DNA of 64,000 nt, taken from the NCBI GenBank assembly GCA_964016885.1, contig OZ024746.1, forward strand, positions 41,974,001 through 42,038,000. Reading direction: 5' to 3'. Shown one piece after another: positions 13,351-27,689 of this stretch. The stretch's first letter is position 1, and each line of letters opens with the position of its first letter. Source of the DNA: Eledone cirrhosa. Lineage: Eukaryota. The translations under genes were made by a program, and so were the position numbers. The notes beneath the pieces were generated by a model that did no database searches, was not told the origin of the DNA, and worked only from the letters and a program-made list of their open reading frames with translations.

Positions 13351-16300
13351 TGTTTTGCATTCTAAAGCATGAAAACCTCCCATTGCACTCTATAGAGTAT
13401 GAGAACATATTTGAGATGTGCACCCAGCCAGTTTGGGAGGTTAGTAACTCTGATTAAGTACTGAGTTACTCTGTGATGATTCATCCAACCCTTGCTAGAG
13501 AGAATGAAAGTGAACATTGCTGGCAGAGGACACTGATTTCTGGCATGAATAAAAACATTTTAGAACATTCTAAATAAAGCTTACACTAATTTCATAATGA
13601 TTTTGTCATGTCAGATTATAATATATATTAAGAATATATTGGTGAACCATCAAGAAAGACAGAGCAGTAAATGACATCAAGGAAATGTTAAATTAGAAAA
13701 ATTGGGGAGAAATGAAAAGCATAAATGAGAGAAATAATGTCAAATATAGTTGATTTTTAAATTGCTTAAGAAAGGAGAAAGTCCAACGTTTCCATTAAAG
13801 AAATCATTGGCAAAATTATATGACTGTAATAGATGTATGCACAGAAGTAGTTTATGATTGACTACTATATATATATAGAAGGAAATGGCTATGAAAAGTA
13901 TGTACTCATAACTGATTGAAGAGCTATCTTTTCAGACTAGGCAAGCAATTATAAGCAATGCAATTAGAAAGCTGGATGCTGCAGATATACCACTAATCTG
14001 GAAATATAATTTAAATGTTATAACAATGATGATACATTTAACCAGTTTCAACAACCATGTAACCACACTTTCCTAATCTCTATGTTAATAATTCTACATA
14101 TATCTGCTTGTGTCCTTGTTTCATAGACAAACAATAATGAATTCAGAAGAGAAAACATTGTTCATACATGCTATATTTCCTGATAGCCACAAATTGTGTC
14201 ACTGAGTATAACAACAATCAAATGCAATATACTCATTCTTTTCTGTCATGTAACTTAATTGTTACTCAGGAAAATATAAGAACGCACTGGCAATACAAAT
14301 AATAGTTTCTTCTAATATTTGTTCAAACTGACAATTTATTGAGAAATAATATGTAATATAAGTTAGATGTAGTGAAGCCTAAAGTACGTTAGATATGAAA
14401 TCATGTTGGAAAATTATTAACATTTTTTATTTTGTTGTATTTGAAAATTATGTGGTCTAAAGCTTCCAATAGATCCAATTATCTATCTGATGGTCAAGGA
14501 CTGTGTTGATAAATTGCCAAACATTTCCTTAAAAAATAAGACATTTATTGTTGCAGCTTATTGTCTGCCCATTTACTTTAACAATAGAACAAATAACATA
14601 GAAAAAGATATTATGGTACAAAAGTGATGGAGATGACAAAAAGTAAGTTAAATGCAATAGTGAAAATAGTAGCAGTGTGTAGATGTAATCATAAGAGAGA
14701 AAATTGACTAATCTTCCAGAAAATATTGATCAGTTTTTATTCATAAAATTGTGTCCTTCGCTGTAGACAAAATACTTTTCATTCATAATAGAGCAGAAAT
14801 ACAAAATGAACAGAAGGTTAGGCATTTTATTATTTCTTATTGGTTTAAACTATTGGACTAGAAAAGCATGAACATGTCTGGGTTATTTATTTGGCTGTAT
14901 TAGTTTGATGTTGGCCATGATATTGGGTCACGCTAGTTTAATAATGACTATGGTTTGACATTAGTTATGCTAACTTAAAGATGACTATGACTTGACATTA
15001 GGTTTTGCAGGCTTGATGTTGGTTATGATTGAATATGAAATCTGTTATAACTTTCCTTGATTTAAGAATTGAAGGGAACAGATTGTAAAATATTACTAGT
15101 TAATAAGTCAAAAACGAGAAAAATCATATTCTGTCTATAACAAGGAGTATGGCCTATCAAAAATGTTTGGATACAAATAATGTAGTAAAATTATTACTGG
15201 AATAAACAAAAGAAATTCAGTCACATAACAAACCCAAACCATCTCATTTTTTTCCCTTACACTTAATGTATGCATTACACTAAAAGATCACGGAAAAGAT
15301 ATGCTTTTTTATATTATTAAATTGTGGTTATTAGGAATTGGAAACTGGTTTTCAATATTCTTGTAGAAAAATGTAATATAGCATTCAATAAAGCTTCTAC
15401 AATTGGTATTTGGTAGACATATATTAATCATACTTTTTTCGACAGCATTAGCACTTAAATGTTTGAAATGAAGCGATGATTTCAGATAATGAAACTTGGA
15501 AATAACTTTCTTAAAATGTTTGTTATTATTCATATCATCACCATTTCCAAGTTGATAGTGTTATGCTACAATCTGAGGAGTCAATTATTATATCTTACCC
15601 TTAGTACTATGCAATGTCATTTTCAAATAAAATTCTTTCATGACACATAGTGTCTATCTCTAAATAGGTACAAAAAAAAAAAAATAGAAATACTTTATAA
15701 CAGATGTAGTACTAAAGAAAAATCTTCTATTGAGTTTCAGGTTGAACAGGAACAAAATCTGGTTAGTCCATGTGACCTAAATATTCTACATTATATATAT
15801 TTAATTTCCAAGTGTCTAATATATATATATATTGTTATATTTGGGGGTGGTGATGTTTCCAGTATCGCCAATAAATAGAATGATATGCCCCTTATGATTT
15901 TCACTTTATCTTTATTGCTTGTTATTCATTCGTTCATCAAAGTTCTTTCGTCTCACATTGTGTGACCTCCTCAATGATTATTTGTTCCCTTTTGTGCCTC
16001 CTCTTCTTTCTGGTCTGAAACTTCTACTCCATCTTGTCTTTTGTTTTGTGGCACATTTTTTTGTGATTTGTGTCTGTACATGTGTTTGCGCCTGGACTTT
16101 CAACTGTGTGTATCTTTGTGTTTGTCATATCTATGTACATTTTATGTGTGTGTGTGGATTTGTATTTTTCGCTGTTTGTGTCTTTTTTTTACACCTATTT
16201 GATCTTCAGTCGTTAACTTGTGGGGTGTTACTGTTCCACTCATGTTTCCTGAACCAAGGCTAAAGGTTATAAGTAATTTCCAATAGGGAGTTTCTTTCCA

Positions 16301-17489
16301 CTCACTCTGTGTATGTTATATACTTATTCATAAAAGTATCCAAACCAATGAAGAAAATATCTAAATCAATGACTTGCTTCCAAATTCAGAATACAGATGT
16401 TTAATTTTGAATGAGTCTCAAGTCAGGTTTGACAAATAAGGGTTTCAGTAGTTTAATCAAAGGTACTCTCTACTCTCTGAATTCTTAGAGTGTATGTGGC
16501 TGAGCACTCTGCAAACACTTATACTTTTAGAGTAATTTTCAAATAACTCATTGTGACATTGTGTGTAACAAGGCTGGGCTTTCAAAATATAGATACCATT
16601 GATCCGAGGGGTTTTCATGCAGTTAATGAATACCTCATTGTTTCATAAGGTAGAGACATAAGACGAGATAGATGCAAAAAGTATTGTGCTGTATGATCAA
16701 AACCGCGATTGAGAAACAAACTTCTTAATCAGTTAGATATACATCTATATCTCAACTTACCATCTTTAAAAAATAAATGAAGGACACATTAGATGTACTG
16801 TGTCTAAAACAGAACTAACTTGAGGCTAAATAGCAACAACAATGGTGGTGGTACCACAATTATGGTTTGTTAGCTTGTAGCACTATGTTTATTTTTTTTT
16901 TGTATGTAGTTGAGTCAGAAAAGTGAACAAGACATTCCTACTTTCAATTCTATCACCAACATTCCTATGTTGACAACAAATATTCAATGAATCACATTAA
17001 TTTTGACAGAAGAGAAATAAGTAAAAACAAAAAAGAAAGAAAAAACATGAAATTTCCTTAAATTTTATTTATTTCAATGAATTTTTTGGAGTGGAAGATA
17101 ATGCAAAACAATTTTAAAACTACATTATTCACTCTAAATATATTCTTTATTCATTACTTTCTAGTAATATATGCAAGCATTTTCCCTATTTGGTGGCTCT
17201 TCACATCACTCAGTACTGGAAATGATGAGGATAAAAAAATGATATTGGTGGTGGTGATGATGGTGGCGGTGATGATGATGATGATCCATTTCCGGTTGAA
17301 TATATTTTTTCAAGAAATATTTTTCATTGTTACTGAAAGGAAACATTTCCCTGAATCTCACCGTTTTACGAGATACAATTTTACAATGCTAGCTTCCTTC
17401 TTATTTATTTTATTTTTATAGTACTGGGAAAGGAAATGGGAGAACTTAGATGAAGCCCCATGCATTCCTGATTATTAATTATCTCTTAC

Positions 17490-17569
17490 TTGTGCAACAT
17501 CCTTGACAGTGAGCATTTTCCTTCCTGGCAGTGTATCGAGTTAAATAATAAAAATAAAATTCCAAGACC
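17490..17569 (-). other. Candidate exon (GLGILFLLFNSIHCQEGKCSLSRMLH)
   Basis: Acceptor ttttatcttccatttgtAG, donor AA|GTAAGA; open in phase 0, which fits the 18993-18838 exon. Confidence 0.4.
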
Positions 17570-17764
17570 CTACAAATGGAAGATAAAAATGACAGCAGTA
17601 TAGAGTAAGTGAAGTAAAATGTGAGTACTGAATAAAAAAATTCACAAATACTCCAATATGATTTTTTTTTAGCATGAATGTGAATAGAAGTCATTATAAA
17701 AAAATGTATGTGGATTGAAAAGTGAAAATAAATACTATATATATATATATATACATAGATAGAT

Positions 17765-17803
<39 letters not shown>

Positions 17804-18837
17804 GCTACATATGTGTGTATGTATGTAAATATATAAACACATCACGCACAGACACAAATTCACACACGCACGCACACACATATATATATATATATATATA
17901 CACACAAAATTTAGCAAGTTAATTTTTGGCACACCTACAGTTTGAACTTTTATTGAATCTAGGAATCATACTTAAAAAAATGTTAATGTAAATACATTTA
18001 CTATATTCTTTAATATGTGACATTCAATATTTCAAATTACTTCAGAACTGAGTATTTTTAAACTCAGATATTTATTGCTTGGAATTTGAAGTTAATTTCT
18101 CTTTCTGAATCCACTAAAAAATCTTTCCATAATAAATTCTCCTGAGGTTTCTTTACTTGAAATTATAATTTCTGATGCTAGTTTAAATGGTTCTCTAAAA
18201 CTCAAGTGATTGCATTGCATAGGCTTGTTGGAAATTTACAACCAGGATCTCAATTGTATAATGAAAGCATGTTTTCAGTTTTCAGTTAGTAAAAATGAAG
18301 CAATCAGCTGACTGATAATATGAGGAAAGACATATTTAGTATGTTTTCCCAATAAACAAATAATGTGTAGTTTTTTCATATTATATTTTAAATAGAATTA
18401 TAGTGTGATCATTATCATGAGTTCAAAGTTTACTATTGATATCATTGCATTATATCTATAAGCAAGATCAGTAGAGTGAGCAACTACTATTCTACAATGA
18501 AACAATTAATAGTAATTAGCAATAGCACTAACAAAGCATAATTCAAAATAAATGCATATATGAACCCAAGTACAATATGTTTATTATACATAAACATATT
18601 GTATTGTCAGGGCCTATGAGAGGGAGCGGGGTCCAGTCAGTACTTTGTTCCGGGGCCCAAGAGCTAAGAACCATGCAACACCCATTTCGAGAAAAGTCTT
18701 TGCCAGCTTGTGGCCCAAAAGGTGTCTTGTACTGCCTTACAACATTTCTCTTGCAAGCCTTTTGTGTAGTGTATGTGTCTATATATGCCTTTATTAATTA
18801 GCAGTAAAAAGAAGATCCAGTAGTAAAAAGTAATTAC

Positions 18838-18993
18838 TCTAACATTATCCAAATATTTCTTGTTTTCATTGTTTAATGAAACTGGTGGAAGATAAGAGCC
18901 CATGATATTTTTTAAAGCTTTCAAAACTGATGAAAGGGATGATGAGACCTCAAACCAGAGATCTAGTCTGAATGCCTGCAATAGTGAACTCCA
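18838..18993 (-). other. Candidate exon (WSSLLQAFRLDLWFEVSSSLSSVLKALKNIMGSYLPPVSLNNENKKYLDNVR)
   Basis: Acceptor ctttgtctcttttAG, donor AGA|GTAATT, 156 nt open in phase 0/0. Confidence 0.5.
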
Positions 18994-19931
18994 CTAAAAG
19001 AGACAAAGTCCAATTAGTTTCTAAATTTGTAAAGATTAGGATTTGAGAACACTAGTTATTGTCTGCATTGGAAAAAAACAGGCCCTACTCAAAATATCAG
19101 AAATTACTTCTCCTTGTGGTACACAAAAGCGGTGAGGATGCAAAGACACAAACATACATGCATGCATAAAGCAGATTTTCACAGAGTTTTCATCAAATAA
19201 ATTCACTCACAACCTGGTTGTGAAGTGAACTTCATTTTAAATTTGTATAGTAAATTTTACCAATCAATGTTACCAATCCTAATTTTGAAAAGGAATGTAA
19301 AACAAAGATAAAGTATTAAGGCAGAGAAATATGTCTTGCCAAATAGCAACACTGAGATCTATACAAGCCAAATGATTTTGTACATTCTTGTCAATTACAC
19401 ACAATTCTTATGTTTAGACCTGTGATTATTTTACTGGTTTCAGTTATTGAACAGTGTCTATATTGAGACATGGATGTCTGAGTTATAGCTTAGAATACAT
19501 CAGTTTCAATAGTATTGATCTCAGAAAAATGAAATTTCTAGTGGACCTGGGCACAATGTAAAAGAACATAACCAAACACCACACAATATTTTCCTGATGC
19601 TCTACTGGTTGTTATTTTGCTTTCCACTGGTTACTTACTAATATTACTCATTTTTTTATTTCCCCTGAAAGCATTAAAAAACAAATTTTGAAATGAAGGA
19701 ATGGGACATTAAAAACATACAAAAATACAAAAAATATAAATGCAAATACAAGTAAATAACAAATAAATATATAAATAGATTGTATTCTTAAAAAAGAAAT
19801 TCATTGGAAAGATAGCTATTAGATATCAAGAAACATTTTCAAATTTTACCACCCCACTTCTTGAAATATATTCCCTAGTCATTTTCTATCAATGATAGTT
19901 TTCATTGCCAGCACCCAGAACTTAGTTTTAA

Positions 19932-20135
19932 CCCTTTAGCATTTACATTACTCTATATATACTATTGTATTTTCATGATAAAGGCTTTAACTCACATAAT
20001 ATCAAATCTATGAGATTTTGATATTTATTTTGAGAACAATACCTTAACATCAGTAGAACGGCCAGTTGCAGCCTGTTTGAATAAAAAGTGGTGAGAGAAT
20101 TCTGGCCAAATATGTTTGGTTTAAATGCTAAAGGG
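19932..20135 (+). mobile_element. piggyBac-type MITE with TTAA TSD
   Basis: TTAA-CCCTTTAGCATTTA ... TAAATGCTAAAGGG-TTAA; 14-bp TIRs. Confidence 0.92.
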
Positions 20136-22449
20136 TTAATTATTCATTCCAATACAACTGTCCCTCTTACACTCATCAGCTAATATATTTAAGGGTATGG
20201 CTCCTTCTTGGCTTACTTGCACTCTGCCTTTCATGTAAATCAATACTTTATAACCAACAGATCATGATTAACTGATTCTTCTTCTGCTTCCACATATTTG
20301 TTACATTTAGCATTCATGTCACATTGCTTGTCATATAGAATCAAGCACATTGCACCTAAATATGAAAGAAAGAATCATCAAAATTATATAAAAGTAATGA
20401 AAAATACCACAATAAAATTGCATCTTTTCTTTTAAATTTGCAAGAGTATAACATCATTTATTTTTAGTGTAGGTATTAATGATAAAATATATGAGATAAC
20501 CAGTGATTTATTATCAAAGGGTCAGTAACAGGCTTAACTCACTTATAATATAATAGGCTATAGATTATCAATATTTTGCACACAACTGAAAAAGAAGAAA
20601 CAAGATATTTCAAATGGGATTACAATTGGCAGTTCACTTTCGAAAGTGTGTTTTGAGTATAAGGCTAAAAGGCTACACACTGTTTACTTTGATGCAGAAT
20701 TTGAAAGATTTATTGATTATCTCCTCTTATCTGTTTCCAACCTTGTTCACTTCATCATTTACTGCTATCAATTAATCAGGCCAAGAGATTTGTGCCTTTC
20801 ACTATTACCTTTTACTATGAACTTCAAAACTTTCAAATGTAAATTTTATTTAAATGTTATGTATATCAGCCTCAGCTGTTACTTACTTTAAATATTTTAT
20901 GATTTTGTCTGACCTCTAGTAGAAAAAATAATGAAAGAAACTAATAGAAAAAAAACACAAAAATAATTATCTATCTAATAAAATTCTTTTTATAAAAAAA
21001 AAAAATTATAAACACAAGAGATAATTGCAAACAGTTATTGTCTAGTCATAGTATTAACTTTTGACCGAATGATATCCATCAGCCATTACTAGTTCTGTTG
21101 TTTTTTCTCAACAGATGTCTTATTCCATGTGATCACTGTGAGATTTACAGCACATAATTTGCTCTGATATCATTGTTTATATGTTTTTAATTACTTATCA
21201 ATAATTTGTTGTTTAAAATTGTGCCTGAATTTATATTCTTCTCTTAACCCTCAGAAAGGTTTTAAAAAGTGAGACAACAGAAAATATTTGCACTAATCCA
21301 ATGGAAAAAAAAAAAGTCCCCCCCCCAAAAAAAAAATCTGATTCTTGGAAGACTACGAGTAATATTATTTATCAAGTGTTGGAACATATGTTAAGCAAGC
21401 AGCGGGATCCCTCAAGCAATTTGAGAAGTTAGTGGGGAAAACAGACTTTAAATGATGATAATGATGATGTTGTTGTCATTGATGATGATGTCAACAGCAA
21501 CAACTGATGAGGAGGAGGATATATAAAACCCATGCTAGCGTGGAAGATAGACGTTAAATGATGATGATGATGATTTTACTGGTGTGGTGATTTGGAAGGA
21601 ATAGCAGAGTAGCAGTATTTAGCTGATTTCTTCTGTTTGAAGTTTAAATTTCATTTTGACAGATATTAATACTCACTATCTAAGTCAATAAAACAACTAC
21701 ATTCCTTTAATGTTGATTCTATCACAGGTACTTTATTCCAAAATTTAAATTTAAACATAATCAATAGAAATTTAACATTGACCCCTTTTGTTTAAAAATC
21801 AGTTTATTACCAGACATTACTCTTCTAAATATGGTTCCTGTTTCTCTGCTCTTCCTTAAGCTGGGTTTCATTTTTCTCATTCTTCCACCAACATCCTCCT
21901 CCTTCACCAATTTTGACCTTTCTTTAGATGAGGTCTAGGATATTTGTGTAGGTAGCAGCAAAAGCATCTCTAATATGGGGTGCAGTACTTCATGGTAGGT
22001 TTCGCCTGAGCTTTCTAAAGGATTAATATTTTGGGGGACTGAAGTATTTTCTGTTTCCCTGAATAGGAGAACCAGTCTTTGTGATGCAGTCTTTGCTATG
22101 TTGAGATATCTTCAGTGATAGAGGGGCCTTAGTAGTGAGCTAGCTCTTGAATGCATTTAATAGAGTACACTCTGTTGCAAGCATTTAGGTCAGGTCTCAG
22201 ATCTGAGGATTATCTCTTCCATTTCTACTATCAGTCTTGAAGTATCATGTCATTTTACATGCATATTTATACTTGGAAATTTTCTAACAGTTTACCTTGC
22301 ACCTTTTTTCACCTGTTTTATTTCCACCTACTCCATTTAACATTTACTTAATTATATTTCCTTTCTTCACATTTTTCTTATATTCCTTAATAATATTTAG
22401 TCATCCAACAGATCTCTAATTTCATAAAAAAAAGGAACTGATTGAAAAT

Positions 22450-24727
22450 GCCATGACTCCTATTTCCTTGCAGCACACAAAATTATCTTATTTTACAAAT
22501 AATATTGACTAAAGTTAGATATCTAACCAATATAGAAACAAAAAGAGACACCAATATTTATTGCAGTAATATAAATCTGCTGACTGCTATTATTAACTAA
22601 GAAATAGATTTCTGTAGAACTGAAGTCACCAACTAATTTTGATTCCTGGTTCAAGTAATTTCATTTCCCATTTCTAAGGCCTAACTGAAAGAAATGAACA
22701 TTACATTACATCATCTCATTTACCATCCATTCATGGTTTTACATATTTTTTTATGCATATGTGTTGGGAAGAAGTTTCAAAAAGCCATTGGCTGTATGAC
22801 TATAGAGTCATTTTATATATTCTACAAATTTGTCTAGCATTATTTCTAAAGGGATTATGAATGAGTTGATCATCTAATCCACTATGATTAAGAAAATGAT
22901 TCATCACATAGTAAAGCAACACATTTCTGGATTAATACATTGATTTACTGATGTCCTCTACTTCCAGCAATGTAACACTTTCACTCATATTTTTAAACAT
23001 GTAATATAGCCTGACTTCAACTATTTACTTTATAATGCAAGCTTCATGTACAATGATATTAATGTTGAAATGTCTGTAACAGTAGCTAAGTATCCTTGAA
23101 ATCAATGCGTTCATTCATAAGAAAATATTATTCATGTAGGCTAGTCTTTGCCTTCTATTTGTTTTCAGAAAGTCAACAGCGACTTATTTGCTTCTTTCTC
23201 TGATTTTTCAAAAAATAATTTTTTCAGTTCATCTTTCATTACTACTCTTAAGAACTATATCACTTCTGTGTAACACAAATTGATTTAATTTTTGTCACAG
23301 CAAATGTAGCATCTTCATATTCAGAGAACTAAAATTGATTGAATTTTCCATACCTACAACATAATTGAGAATAGATGTGAAAGCATCTTTCTACATTCTA
23401 CATGCCTATGAATGATACAGTGTATGTTCTTTACATCAGAGTTGATATTTGACACACTTGACATAAGAAACCAAATCTGCACCCATGATTCCAGAAGGTT
23501 CATTAGTTATGCATTGACTCTCATTTTCCAAGAAAAACATTCTTTTACAAAAACATGGATACTCCATATATATCTTCTACTTTAATTCTGCTCTCCAATG
23601 GTTGACAAATCAAGAATGTTTCTTTAAAATCCAAATTCTTGACATATTTTGCATATACAAGCAGCAGGGCATTACATTGTATGTCTATGTGGTGCCTGGT
23701 TTCTTTCCTTTTGTTTTGTATCAACTCACATATCAGATATCCTTCAATGAACAATATTATTTGACAGTGGTAGAGTATTCAATTTCTTGCCAGGTTTTTT
23801 TTCCCCAACATACAATGCAGATAGTAATATCTTTGCAGAAGGGCAAGATCAAAGTTTCAGTGATTGTATAAGGTTTCTTTTCTTTTTCCCATTCTTTGCA
23901 TTCAAATAAATGCCATTTCAGAAAGCCGGTTTGATAGAACTTTATGACACACAACACATTTTGAGAAATCTTTTCCTTCCTTCCTTTTTTTTATACCAGT
24001 GAAACCAAATTTGATATATGGTTGATTCACTGCATGATCCTTTTTTACCCTAGGACATCATAATTACATTGGATGAAAAAGTAAATATTCTAGTAGTTAA
24101 TTGACTGAATGCACAACAAGTAGGCACTCTAAACTTATCCAGTTGTGTTAAACAATACTATGCTTTAATAAGTGTCTACAAAGCACTGCTTTGTTATAAA
24201 TACACAGAAGTTTGAAAGCCTTTACTATAACAAGAAAAAGGTTTTTAGAGAATGTTTGTCAGTCTGAAAAACAATTTGGTGAAAAAAATAGTTAACAAGA
24301 GAAATAACTATAAATAAACCAAGGAACGATCGACTTTCGTCAAATCGGACCGAGGGAACAATGTTTCCGTTGGTCTTTCCAATTGCTAATACTATCTATC
24401 GGTCGCAACTCCAGGTAGAAGGAGCAATGTGAAATAAAGTGTCTAACTCAAGGACATAACGCATCGCCTGGTCCAGGAATTGAACTCACAACCTTACGAT
24501 TGCGAATCCAATTCTCTAACCACTCAGCCACACACCTTCAGAAATAAACCAAATTACTATACAATTTACAGTGATGAGACTTGCCAACTCTATGTCAAGT
24601 TTACAAGACACAAATTTCATAGTTGGTTGTGATTACATATAAAATCCACTGTTTTTTTAATTTTGCATACCCTTGTAATCTCTTTTGATTATCCCAGGGG
24701 TAGAAGTACTCTGATTTGAGAACCCTA
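22450..24727 (-). mobile_element. hAT (Charlie/Buster-type) DNA transposon relic
   Basis: Minus-strand peptides YIKFGFTG, KKPYTITETLILPFCKDI, LLLVYAKY..FKETFLICQPL, HCIIHR, RLAYMNNIF. The end near 24727 reads (T)AGGGTTCTCAAA...TACCCCTGGG, like Charlie TIRs. The left boundary is approximate. Confidence 0.75.
24323..24541 (-). mobile_element. tRNA-derived SINE family B nested in the hAT relic
   Basis: A box TGGCTGAGTGG, B box GTTCAATTCC, same core as family A, different tail. 11-bp TSD AAATAAACCAA at 24312-24322 and 24542-24552. Confidence 0.9.
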
Positions 24728-25055
24728 CTCTATGTGGCTGCTTGAGCTACTAATTGTAGATACATTCCTCTAAGACTACACCTTACCATCATAAAAAGTA
24801 AGAACACATTGGAAAATAAGATAGGTTGATCACAGCTAGATTACATTCATTATATGTCTGCTTGATTAGAGCTGACAGGTAACAACATCAACAATTCACA
24901 ATTGCCTTCAGCATGCAACAAGAAACTCAAATATCAACTAATTACTGAATATTCATCACTATATACAGTATATAACAAGTATTTAAGAGTATTCAAAGTT
25001 AAATTGAACCCTGGCAGGAATCTTAAATACTAATATAAGAAATATGAACTTAAAT

Positions 25056-25551
25056 TACCTTATATACTCGTATATGAGGTGAAAAATATGTGAAAAAAAT
25101 GATGGTAAAATAGCAGGAGGTGGGTGGCTTATATTTGACATCAATATTTTACCAATTTACACCAACTCCAAATTCTACGTAAATGAGGTGCTAAAATATT
25201 TTCGCTTTGAAGATGAATATTACACTGGTTTCACTTTGGAGGTGAAACTTATTTTTCCCATTCTTTTTGATGTGTTTGAAGGAATATGGCCTTCAAAATG
25301 GTCTGTAATTGTTAAAAAAATCATTACGTAATAGAGTTGTGAAATAAAAACTATATTCTAAATGACACTTAAAACATTTTAAATATCAAAATATTAAAAC
25401 TTCATAAATATATTCTCCACTCATGATAATTTCTAAACTGCACCATCTAAACATATGTTAATTTGTTGCCTCAACTTATACACAGGGTTTGGATTTTGGC
25501 CCATTTCTCAAACATAAAATAGGGTCAGCTTATATTCAAGTATATATTGTA
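25056..25551. mobile_element. Non-autonomous Tc1/mariner-pogo-type element
   Basis: Degenerate TIRs TA-CCTTATATACTCGTATATGAG ... CTTATATTCAAGTATATATTG-TA. Confidence 0.6.
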
Positions 25552-25646
25552 CTTTATTGTATTTAACCATATGTTATTCTGCCTTAGTAATTCACACTAC
25601 ACTTCATCATCCTAATTACTGTTTTAGGGGAAAGTAATTATTCAAA

Positions 25647-25834
25647 ATAATTGTTTCTACTTTTGGCACAAGGCCAGCAATTTCCCAGTGTATTACTGGT
25701 ACTTTATTTTATCGACCCCGTAAGGATGAAAGGCAAAGTTAACCTCGGCGTGATTTGAATTCAGAATGGCAAGGGCCGTAACTCTATGCATCAAAGCATG
25801 GCGTCCGACCCTCTACCGATACTGCCAATTCACC
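25647..25834 (-). mobile_element. SINE family C (Nin/Deu-like core)
   Basis: Reverse complement of GGTGAATTGGCAGTATCGGTAGAGGGTCGGACGCC...TTTGCCTTTCATCCTTACGGGGTCGATAAAATAAAGTACCAG...CCTTGTGCCAAAAGTAGAAACAATTAT. Confidence 0.9.
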
Positions 25835-26699
25835 TGGGTTAATAGCAGCATCTGGTTGTGTTAGTACATTGTCAGACATCTAACTAAAGCATTCATAGTT
25901 CATAACCTAATGCCAGCATTTCACTGTAACCATGCCAAAATATCTAATTCTCAAATAGTCAAAACTACCAAACTAAAAATTAGCACCATTTGCTAATGGG
26001 AGTGCTGCATAATATATGAACTTTTTTTCTTTTTTTGTTATTTTGAAGTGGTAGGTTCAAGTCCTTGGAAGAGTAAAACTCAATGCGCTCCACCAGAGAT
26101 ACATAAGCTATATACAGTGCATGAAGACACAATCTTTAAATGGTGTTGTACTATGTGTTATGTAACTTATACTCTCACATTAACTATAATTACCAAAAGT
26201 CTGGATATAATTGATATGGCTCTAGCTATAGCAAAATTGATCTGTTTATGGCTTTCTAACTTTTGTGATAGAAAATAATGAAATAAAAATTTCACTTTTC
26301 TTATAGTTTGTATTTCGACAGCGAAAGATTGTTGATTGGAGGAATCACTAGAATGCCACACAAATGCTTAATTGTGCCAGCATATTGCATTCTGAGTTCA
26401 AATTCTACCATTGTCAACATTAACTTTCAACCTTCTTGGGTCAATAAATAAAGTACCAGTCAAATACTAGTGTTAGTTTCTCCCTCTCTCTCTTAGAGAT
26501 CATTTATGTTCAATATTTGTTCCAGTTCTCTAGTCAGAATTCAAACCTCAAATATAGTACTAGTTCATGGTAAGGCATTGACAAAATTCTTAAAGAATCA
26601 AACAAGATAATTTGTTCCAGCTCTTTGTGTTCTGAGTTAAAATTCCATCTGCTGTCATTGAACAACTTGTAGTTGGAAACAACCTTTGGGACCTGGATA

Positions 26700-26891
26700 A
26701 TAATTGTTTCTACTTTTGGCACAAGGCCAGCAATTATGCCAGTGCATTACTGGTGCTTTATTTTATCTACCCTACCCCGTAAGGATAAAAGGCAAAGTTA
26801 ACCTCGGCGGGATTTGAACTTAGACCGTAAAAGGATGTAACTATGCTACAAAGCATGGCGTCCGACCCTCCACTGATACTGCTAATCCACT
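26700..26891 (-). mobile_element. SINE family C with TSD
   Basis: Collinear with 25647-25834; flanked by TGGGACCTGG(A/T)TAATAAT on both sides. Confidence 0.88.
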
Positions 26892-27490
26892 GCTCTGGGA
26901 CCTGGTTAATAATGATAAGCCTCCAATATTACATAGAGCAATTTACCAATTGGAGCATTATTTCAGTTGCAGCAATGCAATAAGGGAACCTTACACTAGG
27001 CAGGATGAATTCAATGACAGAAAGTAATATTGAATTTATTAAGCTTACATATTAACTGTAACCTCTTCATATAATTTTGCTGCTGGTGTTGTATAAGATA
27101 TATGTGATAGTGATTAGGTTAACATGAGATGCTGCCTGTGATTAGATTGGATCTAGTCTGGGGACAAGGTAGGCTGATTGATTAGGAATTCTGTTGTGAG
27201 TTAAGTACTGGATTACTTTTCTGTTGCCTTCTGGTTGAGAGACCAATGAATACCAAAATAAACAGCACTAAGCATTACTACAGAGAAATGTCAGTGACAA
27301 ACCAAGACAAAGAGAGACTCCCTATAAGATAGAAACCACAGTCAAATATCCTTCAGATATTTTGTTAAGGACTCATTTAAAGACAAGATACATTAGATAA
27401 TGCAACTATATAACATTAAAATAATAGGACGTTCATTGCTGGAATAAATTTGACCTTACCTTTGCTTTGTCAGAGTCAACCTGGGGTTAA

Positions 27491-27689
27491 CCCTTTAGCA
27501 TTTATATTACTCTAACTTTTAATATTTATTATCATGGTAAGTACTTTATCTCACATAATTAACTCATATAATATTGAATCTATGAGATTTTGATATTATT
27601 TATTTTGAGAAGAATACCTTAACATAAATATGAGCAGCCAGTTTGATCAGAAACAGGTGAGCGAATTGGCTGATTTAAATGCTAAAGGG
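27491..27689 (+). mobile_element. piggyBac-type MITE inserted into an older (CAA)n-tailed repeat
   Basis: TTAA-CCCTTTAGCATTTA...TAAATGCTAAAGGG-TTAA. It splits CTGGGGTTAA|ACAACA; the uninterrupted form is at about 27830-27853. Confidence 0.92.

Noticed and set aside
17205-17423. Poly-His terminal exon (…KKYIQPEMDHHHHHRHHHHHH…) and a 62-nt mini-exon
   Set aside because: The His run comes from a (GAT/GGT)n simple repeat common throughout the window, and the mini-exon phase conflicts with the upstream candidate exon.
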